A program made the position numbers and the translations under genes. Positions 30,791 to 39,669 of a DNA stretch of 64,000 nt are shown piece by piece. Within the stretch, counting starts at the first letter, position 1, and each line of letters opens with the position of its first letter. The DNA is from Acidobacteriota bacterium. Lineage in GTDB: Bacteria; Acidobacteriota; UBA6911. The notes under the pieces were generated by a model. The model searched no databases and was not told the DNA's origin. It was given only the letters and a program-made list of their open reading frames with translations. Location of the stretch: NCBI GenBank assembly GCA_003225335.1, contig QHZE01000451.1, positions 2,612 to 66,611 on the forward strand. Reading direction: 5' to 3'.

Positions 30791-31008
30791 AGCCGGGGGT
30801 GAGCGAAGCGAACCCCCGGGGTAGAAGAGGGACAACGATACGCACCCCGGCAGGGGTTGCAGGACCTCCCCGCCCTTGCCGGGGCGCGTTGGTCACGTAG
30901 GCAAGGGTTCCAGTGGTTCGCAAAAAGCGCTCACCCCTGGCTGAGTTCCTCCCGCTCCGGAGCGAAAGACCCTTTCGAGAAGAACGGCTCTTGTCTCAAT
31001 CGCAGCTC

Positions 31009-32436
31009 TCAGGGTTCATCGGGCGGTTCGACCGCAGTCGTTGTCACATCGGTGGGAGGTGTCCGCCGTCCCTCGGGGCGCCGCTCGCGTTCCCGCTCCT
31101 TTTTATCCTTTTCTTTCAGCGAGGCTCTTTCCTTCTCCAGGCGTTCCCGCATTTCCAGATCCTTCTGAATGTCGAAATAGACCTGGCCGTCGATGAAGAC
31201 CTTCTGAGCTACCGCGTAGACGCTCAGCGGGTGGCGGTTGTAGATGACCAGGTCGGCATCCTTGCCGGGCTCGATCGAGCCTACGCGATTGTCGATACGC
31301 AGTTGTTTCGCCGGATTCAGCGTGACCAGGGCCAGGGCTTCCTGCTCGCTGAGCCCCCCGTATTTCATGCATTTGGCCGCTTCCTGATTCAGATGCCGGG
31401 CTTCTTCCGCGCTGTCGGAATTTATGGAAACAACGACGCCTTTGCGCGTCATGATCGCGGCGTTGTAAGGAATCGCGTCATACGCCTCGACTTTGTAAGC
31501 CCACCAGTCCGAGAAAGTTGAGGCTCCGGCGCCATGCTCGGCGATCTCCTTCGCGACTTTGTAACCCTCGAGGACGTGCTGGAACGTGGCGATCTTGAAC
31601 CCGAACTCATCGGCCACCCGAAGAAGCATCAAGATCTCGTCGGCGCGGTAGCAATGCGCGTGGACCAATCGCTCCCCGCGCAAAATCTCTGCGAGAGTTT
31701 CCAGCTTCAAATCTTTTGCGGGCGGTATGGCTGGCTTGTCTGCCGCCAAGGCTCGTTTCTTGTACTCGTCCCACTTCTCGGTGTAGGTGCGGGCTTCAAT
31801 CAAGGCGTCGCGGATCACGTCTTCAACGCCCATTCGTGTCTGGGGGTAGCGGGCCGGGGAAGTGCCGGGCGTTGCCCGCGAGCGCTTGGGATTCTCACCC
31901 AGGGCAAACTTGATGCCCGGCTTCGCCCCTTCGAAAATCAAACCCTTTGCGTCCTTGCCCCACCGGAGCTTTATGACCTGATTGCGGCCTCCGATCGGAT
32001 TGGCGCTGCCGTGGAGGATGTTGGCCGTCGTAACGCCCCCGGCCAAGCTCCGGTAGATGTTGATATCTTCGGGATCAATCACGTCTTCAATCCCGACCAT
32101 GGCGGTGACCGCCAGTGTGCCTTCATTGACCCCGCCGCTGATGGCGATGTGGGAGTGACAATCGATGATTCCCGGCATGACATACTGGCCCTTCGCGTCG
32201 ATCACCGTGGCGCCTTCGGGCGTAGCAACTTGGGGGCCGATCTCGGCGATTTTGCCCTCGCGAATGAGAACGGACCCTTTGGGAAGGGCAGGGCGCGAGA
32301 CAGGAAGAATGAAGGCGTCTTTTATGATTAAGACGCCGGACGCGGGAGATCGCTGCGGTTCAGAGGCCAGAAGCCAAGCCGCGCACGACGCGAGAACAAT
32401 CGTCGCCATCAAAGCAGTCTTTTTCATACAAATCAT
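31009..32436 (-). CDS. secreted amidohydrolase-superfamily paralogue 2 (COG1228-like), catalytic motifs intact
   Basis: Signal peptide. PGIIDCHSHI (HxH). Downstream His and Asp ligands (..HAHCY.., ..SINSDS..). Lys/Glu-rich C-terminal tail. Confidence 0.8.
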   Translation of the reverse strand: MICMKKTALMATIVLASCAAWLLASEPQRSPASGVLIIKDAFILPVSRPALPKGSVLIREGKIAEIGPQVATPEGATVIDAKGQYVMPGIIDCHSHIAISGGVNEGTLAVTAMVGIEDVIDPEDINIYRSLAGGVTTANILHGSANPIGGRNQVIKLRWGKDAKGLIFEGAKPGIKFALGENPKRSRATPGTSPARYPQTRMGVEDVIRDALIEARTYTEKWDEYKKRALAADKPAIPPAKDLKLETLAEILRGERLVHAHCYRADEILMLLRVADEFGFKIATFQHVLEGYKVAKEIAEHGAGASTFSDWWAYKVEAYDAIPYNAAIMTRKGVVVSINSDSAEEARHLNQEAAKCMKYGGLSEQEALALVTLNPAKQLRIDNRVGSIEPGKDADLVIYNRHPLSVYAVAQKVFIDGQVYFDIQKDLEMRERLEKERASLKEKDKKERERERRPEGRRTPPTDVTTTAVEPPDEP

Positions 32437-32511
32437 CCCCGCCTATTGCGGCTTGCGGATTGAAAAACGCCGGAAGAATTGGGGATTCGCGACTGTGGAT
32501 TGAGAAAACCT

Positions 32512-32563
32512 AGTCGATTTCAAATCCCGATTGTCAAATCCGCAATCCGCAATCCGCAATCGG
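32512..32563. repeat. family E element
   Basis: TTTCAAATCCCGATTGTCAAATCCGCAATCCGCAATCCGCAATCGG. Confidence 0.7.
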
Positions 32564-32564
32564 T

Positions 32565-33941
32565 TCACTCCGGTTCGGGTTCGGTGATGTCATACTTCTT
32601 GCCGTCAATGAACACGTACTTTACGCGGGTGCGGCTGTCGAAAATATCTCCTGTGGCTATGGTCAGATTAGCGGTCTTGCCCTTCTCGATGCTCCCTAAC
32701 TTGCCAGCTACGCCGAAAATCTCCGCCGCCGTCAGCGTTAAAGCCCGCATCGCGATGTCCTTGGGCAGTCCCGCTTCGACGCTCCGGGCGATGTTCCGCA
32801 TGAAGTCACGCGGGCTCGAGATGTCGCCGGATTGAAAGGCGAACTGCACGCCCGCTTTAGCCAGAGCCGCCGCGTTGACCGGAGCCTCCACTCGTCTGCG
32901 GAGGACCGGAAGCTCTTCCTCCAATTCGGGGTCGGAGTCCCGGTCTCGTTCAGGAAACTTCATGGAAAGCAACACCGGGACCCCCTTCTCTTTCAGCAAG
33001 GGCGCTATTCTTGCCGCCTCGCTCCCACCGCTCAGGATGCATTTGAGCTTGAACGATTGGGCCAGTTCCATTGCGCGCTGTATTTGCGCGGGTGTGTCTC
33101 CGGGCACAACGGCGGGCAGTTCGCGCTTGAGCACGGGGATCAGAGCTTGAAGAGAATGGTTGTAATCCGGGCGCACGACACCTGTGTGGACGTTGTAGAT
33201 GTTCCATGCGACGTCGTAACGCTCCGCGTCCAGGAAAGTTTGCTTGACGAAAGCGACGACTCCCATCAAAGAGCTCGGGTAACCGCCGCCGAAGCCCCCG
33301 GCGCTTTGCAAACTGATATGCATGGCCACCGGAGTTTTTACGACCATGGCTCCCACGGAGGCTCCTGAAAGATTCACCAGGGAGCTCTGGCCCTCGAAGA
33401 TTCCTGTTCGCGGCGCTACGAGGGCGGTGGTGATTCCCACGGCGCGCGCGCTTTCAATTTTCCTGTTTGTCGGGTTGATCAGGTCGGCTGCCTGCACATG
33501 AGAATTCAGCAATGGCCTCTCGGCTGCCGGCGGCGCAGGGGCCTGCTGGGTGGGTTGTGCGGGTGCGGCTGGCGGACCCGGACGAGCGGAAGGCGGCCCC
33601 GGCGCCTGGGGAGCGCGCGGCTCCTCAAGGCCGGCGTCACAGAGCCCGTCGATCAGGCCTGGATACACCGTGAGTCCCGTTCCGTCGAGGGTCCTGGCGT
33701 CTGGAGGGATAGGGACGTTGGCGCCCACGGCCTCGATGATTCCGTTGCGCAAGATTACCGTCCCCTTCTCCAACGGCGCCCCGGACACAGGAAAGATCCG
33801 GGCGCCGCTGATGGCGAAGACGGCCGGCTCCTCCGTTCGCGCGGAGACGGCGGCGAAAAGGGCCAGGAGAACAAGAATCAGGGCGATCCGGGAGCGAAGA
33901 AACAATTTTCTGAAAGAGAGAAACCTCATTCGGAATCCCAC
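32565..33941 (-). CDS. secreted amidohydrolase-superfamily paralogue 3 (COG1228-like), HxH degenerate, Pro/Ala-rich insert
   Basis: Signal peptide. ..PGLIDGLCDAG.. replaces HxH. A 40 aa PAPQ-rich insert. Confidence 0.7.
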   Translation of the reverse strand: MGFRMRFLSFRKLFLRSRIALILVLLALFAAVSARTEEPAVFAISGARIFPVSGAPLEKGTVILRNGIIEAVGANVPIPPDARTLDGTGLTVYPGLIDGLCDAGLEEPRAPQAPGPPSARPGPPAAPAQPTQQAPAPPAAERPLLNSHVQAADLINPTNRKIESARAVGITTALVAPRTGIFEGQSSLVNLSGASVGAMVVKTPVAMHISLQSAGGFGGGYPSSLMGVVAFVKQTFLDAERYDVAWNIYNVHTGVVRPDYNHSLQALIPVLKRELPAVVPGDTPAQIQRAMELAQSFKLKCILSGGSEAARIAPLLKEKGVPVLLSMKFPERDRDSDPELEEELPVLRRRVEAPVNAAALAKAGVQFAFQSGDISSPRDFMRNIARSVEAGLPKDIAMRALTLTAAEIFGVAGKLGSIEKGKTANLTIATGDIFDSRTRVKYVFIDGKKYDITEPEPE

Positions 33942-34010
33942 CCTCGATAGCTCTGGAAGGAGCGCATCTTAAACCAATCCGTCCCCTATTCCCATAAAAA
34001 AGCTGGAAAC

Positions 34011-34079
34011 CGCATTCACCACGAAGACGCGAAGACACGGAGAAAGTCTTCTTCGCGCCTTCGCGTCTTCGTGGTGAAA
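34011..34079. repeat. family A palindromic element, full copy
   Basis: CATTCACCACGAAGACGCGAAGACACGGAGAAAGTCTTCTTCGCGCCTTCGCGTCTTCGTGGTGAAAAG. Confidence 0.8.
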
Positions 34080-34082
34080 AGA

Positions 34083-34847
34083 CTACCTTCTGGACTGCCT
34101 CAAGAGCACATAGACCGCGCCGACGCCGCCGTCTCTGGCCGGAGCGGAGGCGTAAGCCACGACGTAGCGAGACATCCTCCGAGTAGCCAGCCAGCGCTGC
34201 AGGCTGTCCTTGAGTATCCCTCTGCCCGTAGGTGAGTTGATGCCTCTGCCGTGAATGACCTTGACGCAGCAAGAACGGAAGCGGGACATCCCGCGGAGGA
34301 AATCTTCCACGACTCTTCTGGCTTCCGCGCGAGTGAACCCGTGCAGATCCACCTGGCCCTGGATCGAATACAGGCCCTCCCGCAAACGCGGAAGGTAGCG
34401 CTTTCCGGCAACCCCTACCCAGCCCTCGATGTATTCCGGATGGTCTACGATCGGTGCCTCACGATCTCCCATCGCCGCCCCCATTAACTTGTGGTCCTCC
34501 AGGTCCCCGTTCGATGCGGGCCGGGGTGACGGCGGCAGGGAAGGCACGGGATCATGACGCCATGTCACCCGCACCACATCGCGCATCGCGCTTTCAAATA
34601 ACTCTTCTTCATTTCCGTCCTCAGCCGCGGCCAGCGAGCCGGTCTGGGCCTCGAGCGGTCGAGGCAGGAGCTGAAAACCTGCCTTGCTCAGAATCTTGTC
34701 CAAAGCTGCAAATGGCCTCTGCGCCGTATGCCTTGAGGATCGCGTGCGGCGATGCGTGGGTTTTGAATCGAACGTACGGCGCGACGTCATCACGAATGAC
34801 GATTGAACGAATGACGATTGAAGGATATGGCACGGCTCACTTGGCAA
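34083..34847 (-). CDS. Smr-domain protein
   Basis: The C-terminal motif ..VDLHGFTRAEA...VIHGRG..LK..L..WL. is the Smr (MutS2 C-terminal-like) signature. The N-terminal start is uncertain. Confidence 0.6.
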   Translation of the reverse strand: MPSEPCHILQSSFVQSSFVMTSRRTFDSKPTHRRTRSSRHTAQRPFAALDKILSKAGFQLLPRPLEAQTGSLAAAEDGNEEELFESAMRDVVRVTWRHDPVPSLPPSPRPASNGDLEDHKLMGAAMGDREAPIVDHPEYIEGWVGVAGKRYLPRLREGLYSIQGQVDLHGFTRAEARRVVEDFLRGMSRFRSCCVKVIHGRGINSPTGRGILKDSLQRWLATRRMSRYVVAYASAPARDGGVGAVYVLLRQSRR

Positions 34848-34895
34848 TCGTCATTGGAACCGGCGGATCCCGTCCCCACATAGCTGTTGCCTCGC

Positions 34896-36005
34896 TTACT
34901 GTATGATGTAGTCCCGTGTAACCAGGTCCCAGTATGTTTCGTTCCTTCCTGCTGCCTCATTGGCCAGAAACGTGTTAAGGGACTGCATTACGGTTGTCAT
35001 GTAAGAACCCGGAACCTGGGCCGGATGAGCCTGCCACATGTTGGCGTAAGACCGGATGATGTAACTGTCCTGTGCCAGGGGAAGCACACGGAGATTGCCG
35101 AGGTACGAATGCCAGCGTTCGGTCCTGAACAGGTAGAACTCCACGTTCGAAGCATAAAAGCATTTCACTTCGAGACCTCTCGAGCGAAGCTCCTGAGCCA
35201 CCTGATGGAATGCGCTCGGACCTCCGAAGTCGCCCACAACCGGAACAATCCGATTCTCTCTGTGAAGTTCCTTTACGGTGCGAAAACGATCCTCCTGCGC
35301 GAGATAGCTCAACTGGGCGCCGTTGGGATCGCGCGCTTCGAGCAGGCTCCGATAGGAAGGATGATGAGGACGGGGCGCCCGATTGTAACTGGTGAATTTA
35401 ATGTCGGGGCCGCCGTTGACAAAAGCGTAGGCTATGTACTCTACCGCCTTGAAGTCCTCGTGTGTGAGTCCGATGTTCCACGCCTGCATGGCTGCGATTG
35501 CTTCGGCAATCTTTAGAGAAATGAAGGCCGGGTCACGGGGGGCTTGGTCACTCCGGCGCAAGAGCTCGGAGATCTTTTCGTTCTTCGCGTGCGGGGCCAG
35601 CAAGCGGCCGAATAGACGTTCCAGGTATTCGTCTCGGTCCCGGCTCAGCTGAAACAGAGCCTTGAAGTAGAGGTGTTGAAGAGCATTTTGCCGGCGAATG
35701 TCGAGGATGACCGCAAGCCTTGGCCGCATCTCCGCGATGTAGGTGTAGTTCTGGTCAGGTCCCACTCCAAGATAGGCTCCACCCCGGATTGCAAGACGAT
35801 TCATGGCGGGCAACACCCGCAGATATGCGGCCTCGTTGGAAACGAAATTGTCGCTGTCAAAATAGCCTTCGGGTTCGGACAACCCTGCGATCAACTGGCC
35901 GAACTTTTCCGTCCCGATGGGCGCGTCGAGAACGCGTTCAGGCTGCCGGAGATACAGAACGCCCGAGGCTATGAAAGCCAGCAGAAACTTGGAAAGAACT
36001 CGCAT
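34896..36005 (-). CDS. secreted hypothetical protein
   Basis: Start ATG 36005 (MRVLSKFLLAFIASGVLYL signal). No recognisable family. Confidence 0.4.
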   Translation of the reverse strand: MRVLSKFLLAFIASGVLYLRQPERVLDAPIGTEKFGQLIAGLSEPEGYFDSDNFVSNEAAYLRVLPAMNRLAIRGGAYLGVGPDQNYTYIAEMRPRLAVILDIRRQNALQHLYFKALFQLSRDRDEYLERLFGRLLAPHAKNEKISELLRRSDQAPRDPAFISLKIAEAIAAMQAWNIGLTHEDFKAVEYIAYAFVNGGPDIKFTSYNRAPRPHHPSYRSLLEARDPNGAQLSYLAQEDRFRTVKELHRENRIVPVVGDFGGPSAFHQVAQELRSRGLEVKCFYASNVEFYLFRTERWHSYLGNLRVLPLAQDSYIIRSYANMWQAHPAQVPGSYMTTVMQSLNTFLANEAAGRNETYWDLVTRDYIIQ

Positions 36006-36250
36006 GGTCACGCGCTTTTCCTGCCACGATGCTGCCCTTGATGATACCACTAAGAAGGTCCGGGCACGACCAGGAGGTCTTGAAGCAGGTTCGCCACGCA
36101 GGAACCCGGTCGCAACCCAAACTATGAACGAGACCACCGATGAACACAGATAAACAGAGATAAACACAGATCTGCGTTCATCCGTGTTCGCCGGCGGTTT
36201 CATTTCGCGCAGTTTCCGCAATGCCGTCCGGGTCACGGGCGTAGCAAACC

Positions 36251-36279
36251 TTGACTTTTGCTAAAGATACTTGTATTGT
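36251..36279 (+). promoter_or_regulatory. candidate sigma-70-type promoter TTGACT-N17-TATTGT upstream of the IscA/ErpA-family gene
   Basis: Good -35 and -10 hexamers with a 17 nt spacer, about 150 nt upstream of ATG 36430. Confidence 0.35.
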
Positions 36280-36429
36280 TTGGAGCTTAAACCGGAGGCC
36301 GAAAAGCAATAATTTGGCAAAACCGAAGGACAGATTCCGGGTCCGGTTGATTTTTTCCTCCGGAATGCGCAAGGCAGTTTCCGAGGATGATTGCTCGTAA
36401 GAATTAACGACGTAACGAAAGGAGATTCG

Positions 36430-36750
36430 ATGCTTACTTTGACCGATATGGCGATCCAGAAGGTCAAATCTATAATGGAGGAGCGAGGGGAGCAAGGAGG
36501 ACTGCGCATTGCGGTAGTCGGCGGCGGGTGCTCGGGCTTTCAATACCAGATGTCCCTGGACAGGGAACCAAGTTCCGACGACCAGGTCATCGACATGAAC
36601 GGCCTGAAGATCTTTGTAGATTCCCGCTCACTTCTGTATCTGAACGGAACCCAGGTGGATTACGTGGATGGCCTGACGGGGTCCGGGTTCAAGTTTGAGA
36701 ACCCTAATACCAAGGGCAGCTGCGGGTGCGGCGAATCCTTCTACGTCTAA
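36430..36750 (+). CDS. Fe-S cluster insertion protein, HesB/IscA/ErpA family
   Basis: RBS AAAGGAG. 106 aa. The C-terminal CGCGESF motif and an internal Cys in ..GGGCSGF.. are the three conserved Cys of A-type carriers. Confidence 0.85.
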   Translation: MLTLTDMAIQKVKSIMEERGEQGGLRIAVVGGGCSGFQYQMSLDREPSSDDQVIDMNGLKIFVDSRSLLYLNGTQVDYVDGLTGSGFKFENPNTKGSCGCGESFYV

Positions 36751-36835
36751 AATTTGGGAGCCGTTATTTGTACCGCTTTCCGGAACGCGGGCGTAAGTGC
36801 CCGCGTTTTCTTTTTGAGCCGAAGGAGAGTACGGA

Positions 36836-37207
36836 GTGTCCTCAAACCCCACGCAGGACCGCATCACGCTTTTCGGAATCAAATTGCAGCCCCGAATCGG
36901 AGTGACACCGGGAGAGAGGCGTTTGCCTCAACCCTGCCAGGCGGACCTGACGGTTTGGGCTGACTTCGAAGCCGCGGCCACAACGGATTCTTTGGACCGG
37001 GCTATTGATTACAGCAGGATGCTTTCTGTCGTCCTGGAGACCGCCCACAGCCGTGAGTACAACCTGCTCGAAACACTCGCCTACCGGATTGCGAAGGACG
37101 TCTTGCAGGCGTTTCCGGCGGAGCGAGTCGGCGTCCGGGTCCGCAAGCGTCCAGCGCCTCTTGCCGATAAGGTGGATTACATCGAGGTGGAGGTATTTGA
37201 GTCTTAG
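36836..37207 (+). CDS. folB: dihydroneopterin aldolase
   Basis: 123 aa. Motifs ..LFGIKL...IGVTPGER..Q and ..DLTVWADF.. Confidence 0.75.
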   Translation: MSSNPTQDRITLFGIKLQPRIGVTPGERRLPQPCQADLTVWADFEAAATTDSLDRAIDYSRMLSVVLETAHSREYNLLETLAYRIAKDVLQAFPAERVGVRVRKRPAPLADKVDYIEVEVFES

Positions 37208-37224
37208 ATTTGTCTTAGATTCCT

Positions 37225-37285
37225 TACGTCTTCGCGGTGGAAACTGAACCCGATTTAGCCGCGCAGACGCGAAGAGCGGAAAAGA
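37225..37285. repeat. family A-like element
   Basis: CTTACGTCTTCGCGGTGGAAA...GCCGCGCAGACGCGAAGAGCGG. Confidence 0.55.
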
Positions 37286-37348
37286 GTCGCGGAGAAGTCG
37301 TTCAGAGGGCGGGCGATTCTTGACAAAGGTGGGCGTTGCAACTAACTT

Positions 37349-37723
37349 GTGTGTTTTGAGGTGGCGACAATAGACGGCGAAAAGGGCAAACGCGGCACGG
37401 GATGCTCCGATGTTGGCGAAGAAGAGTGTGTTCTTTACGAATACGAAAAACTGGTGCCACTCCGCATCGGGGGAATTGACGTTCGCGTACCCGAGAATAA
37501 CAGTCTGCTCCGTTGCTTCCAGTACTTGAAGCTCTACCCCATATCCATGGGGGGGTTCTGCTGGAACGCCGATTGCCGGACATGTGAGGTCGTAATTCAG
37601 GTCGGCACAGAACCCGCGCGGCGGGTGCTATCGTGCCAAACAACAGTCATCCCCGGAATGGCGGTCCTGGAGATGACGGAAAAGCTCAAGTTTTGCCTGC
37701 GGAACCTGGACAGCGAAGATTAG
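37349..37723 (+). CDS. small Cys-rich protein with a 2Fe-2S ferredoxin-like (Fer2_4-type) motif
   Basis: GTG start. ..RIGGIDVRVPENNSLLRCFQYLKLYPISMGGFCWNADCRTCEVVI.. resembles the 2Fe-2S domains of NuoG or sarcosine-oxidase type. Confidence 0.4.
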   Translation: MCFEVATIDGEKGKRGTGCSDVGEEECVLYEYEKLVPLRIGGIDVRVPENNSLLRCFQYLKLYPISMGGFCWNADCRTCEVVIQVGTEPARRVLSCQTTVIPGMAVLEMTEKLKFCLRNLDSED

Positions 37724-37769
37724 ATTCTGTGACACGATGATGCGTGGACGCTCCTTGTTTTCATTGATC

Positions 37770-37832
37770 CGGTCGATCAATGAAAAATGACAAATGACCG
37801 GCGGTCATCTGTCATTCTTCATTTTCTGGAAG
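37770..37832. repeat. ATGACAAATGA-type palindrome between the 2Fe-2S gene and nuoB
   Basis: GATCCGGTCGATCAATGAAAAATGACAAATGACCGGCGGTCATCTGTCATTCTTCATTTTC. Related copies lie at 46868-46960 and 48140-48280. Confidence 0.65.
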
Positions 37833-37846
37833 TGAGGCAAAAGAAG

Positions 37847-38320
37847 ATGGCTGGCGAATCGGGCGCAGGCCCTGGGTTCTTCACTTCAAAACTGGAGCGT
37901 GCCATCGGATGGGCGCGGAAGTATTCCATCTTCCAATATCCTTTCGTAACAGCCTGCTGCGGCATGGAGTACATGGCGACCGCGGCAGGGCACTACGATG
38001 TGGACCGCTTTGGAGCAGGACTGCCGCGCTTTTCGCCAAGACAGGCCGATGTTCTCTTTGTGGTGGGAACCATCAGTCACAAGATCGCTCCTGTCCTCTA
38101 CCGCGTGTACGAACAGATGTGCGAACCCAAATGGGTGGTTGCGTTCGGGGTCTGTACGTGCACCGGAGGGTTCTACGACAACTACGCAACCGTCCAGGGG
38201 ATCGACACTATCATTCCTGTAGACGTTTACATTCCGGGCTGCCCGCCCCGCCCTGAAGCCGTTCTGGACGGGCTAATGAAGTTACAAGAAAAGATCGAGA
38301 ACCAGAAACAGCTTCTTTGA
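37847..38320 (+). CDS. nuoB: NADH-quinone oxidoreductase subunit B (alternative start 37787)
   Basis: N2-cluster ligands CCGMEYMA and ..GCPPRPEA.. The length fits from ATG 37847. Confidence 0.9.
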   Translation: MAGESGAGPGFFTSKLERAIGWARKYSIFQYPFVTACCGMEYMATAAGHYDVDRFGAGLPRFSPRQADVLFVVGTISHKIAPVLYRVYEQMCEPKWVVAFGVCTCTGGFYDNYATVQGIDTIIPVDVYIPGCPPRPEAVLDGLMKLQEKIENQKQLL

Positions 38321-38328
38321 GTCCGCTT

Positions 38329-39669
38329 ATGGATGCCGCAACGTCCGCGCGGGAGACTCGAACCATGCTGGTCAACGTCGGGCCGTCGCACCCGGCGATG
38401 CATGGCGTGATTCGTTTGGTTACGGAGCTCGAGGGCGAAACCGTTGTCAAAGTGGAAGCGGAGATCGGATATCTCCATCGCGCCTTCGAGAAGAGCTGTG
38501 AGAATTCCACCTGGACCCAGAGCATTCCCTATACGGACCGTCTGAATTACGTTTCCCCGCTCATCAACAACTTCGGTTACTGCGCGGCCGTGGAAAAACT
38601 CCTCGGCATAGAAATCACGGAGCGCTGCAAGTACATCCGCGTTTTGATGAGCGAGATCTCACGCATTACGGATCATCTCACCTGCATCGGCGCGTCCGCC
38701 ATGGAGGTGGGCGCCATGACGGCCTTCTTGTACTTCATCAAGGCGCGCGAGTACCTCTACGAGATCGTCGAAGAAGTAACGGGCGCCCGGCTTACCATCT
38801 CCTACGGCCGAATCGGCGGCGTCAAGGCAGATCTTCCCCAAGGACTTGAAGAAAAGCTGGAGACAGATCTCAAGAAAGTCGAGAAGGAGCTTTACCAGGT
38901 AGACAAGCTCCTGACGCGCAACCGCATCTTTGTCGACCGGATGAAGGATGTCGGAGTCCTCACCGCGGAAGATGCCATCAGCTATTCCATTACGGGCCCC
39001 ATGGGCCGGGCGTCGGGAATAAACTACGACGTCCGGAGAGACTTTCCCTATTTTGTTTATGACCGGATGGAATTCGACGTCCCTTTGGGAGAGAAGGGGG
39101 ACAATTACGATCGTTACCTGGTGCGCATGGAAGAGATGCGCCAGAGCGTGCGCATCATACGGCAGGCCATGAAACAAATGCCGGGCGGGGCGGTAAATGT
39201 GGACTCCCAGGGAAAGGTCGTGCAGTCCTTCGAACTTGTGGACCAGGCCAAGATGGGGAGGACCGAAGGACTCGTCGATGTCGTCACCACGGTGGATCCC
39301 ACTCTTGAAGGAACACAGCGTACCTTCTTGAAACGAGTCATGCCCGCCGAGAGGCGAGTGATTCTTCCGCCCAAGGAAGACACGTACGGGAACATTGAGG
39401 GCCTGATGAACCATTTCAAGATCATCATGGACAATCACGGAATCCGGCCGCCCAAGGGAGACACGTACTTCGCCGTCGAAGGAGCCAACGGCGAGCTTGG
39501 ATTCTATGTTGTCAGCGATGGCAAGGACCACCCGTACCGCGTGCGGGTGCGGCCGCCGTGCTTCTTCGGCATGGCAGGGCTGCACAGGATGTTGGAAGGG
39601 TACATGGTGGCGGACATCGTACCCACGTTCGGATCCATCAACATGATTGCCGGAGAATTGGATCGATAA
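38329..39669 (+). CDS. nuoD: NADH-quinone oxidoreductase subunit D (49 kDa) with an approximately 40 aa internal insertion; alternative starts TTG 38317 and ATG 38365
   Basis: ..LVNVGPSHPAMHGVIRL.. and the C-terminal ..ADIVPTFGSINMIAGELDR are NuoD hallmarks. There are no NiFe Cys motifs. Confidence 0.85.
   Translation: MDAATSARETRTMLVNVGPSHPAMHGVIRLVTELEGETVVKVEAEIGYLHRAFEKSCENSTWTQSIPYTDRLNYVSPLINNFGYCAAVEKLLGIEITERCKYIRVLMSEISRITDHLTCIGASAMEVGAMTAFLYFIKAREYLYEIVEEVTGARLTISYGRIGGVKADLPQGLEEKLETDLKKVEKELYQVDKLLTRNRIFVDRMKDVGVLTAEDAISYSITGPMGRASGINYDVRRDFPYFVYDRMEFDVPLGEKGDNYDRYLVRMEEMRQSVRIIRQAMKQMPGGAVNVDSQGKVVQSFELVDQAKMGRTEGLVDVVTTVDPTLEGTQRTFLKRVMPAERRVILPPKEDTYGNIEGLMNHFKIIMDNHGIRPPKGDTYFAVEGANGELGFYVVSDGKDHPYRVRVRPPCFFGMAGLHRMLEGYMVADIVPTFGSINMIAGELDR

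Noticed and set aside
37349-37723. The Cys-rich ORF as NuoC or NuoE.
   Set aside because: It is too short and its Cys spacing fits neither. It only resembles a generic 2Fe-2S (Fer2_4-like) domain.
38329-39669. nuoB/nuoD as small and large subunits of a group-4 [NiFe] hydrogenase.
   Set aside because: The NuoD homologue lacks both the N-terminal RxCGxC and the C-terminal DPCxxC nickel-ligand motifs. It ends in a complex-I-type ..FGSINMIAGELDR.
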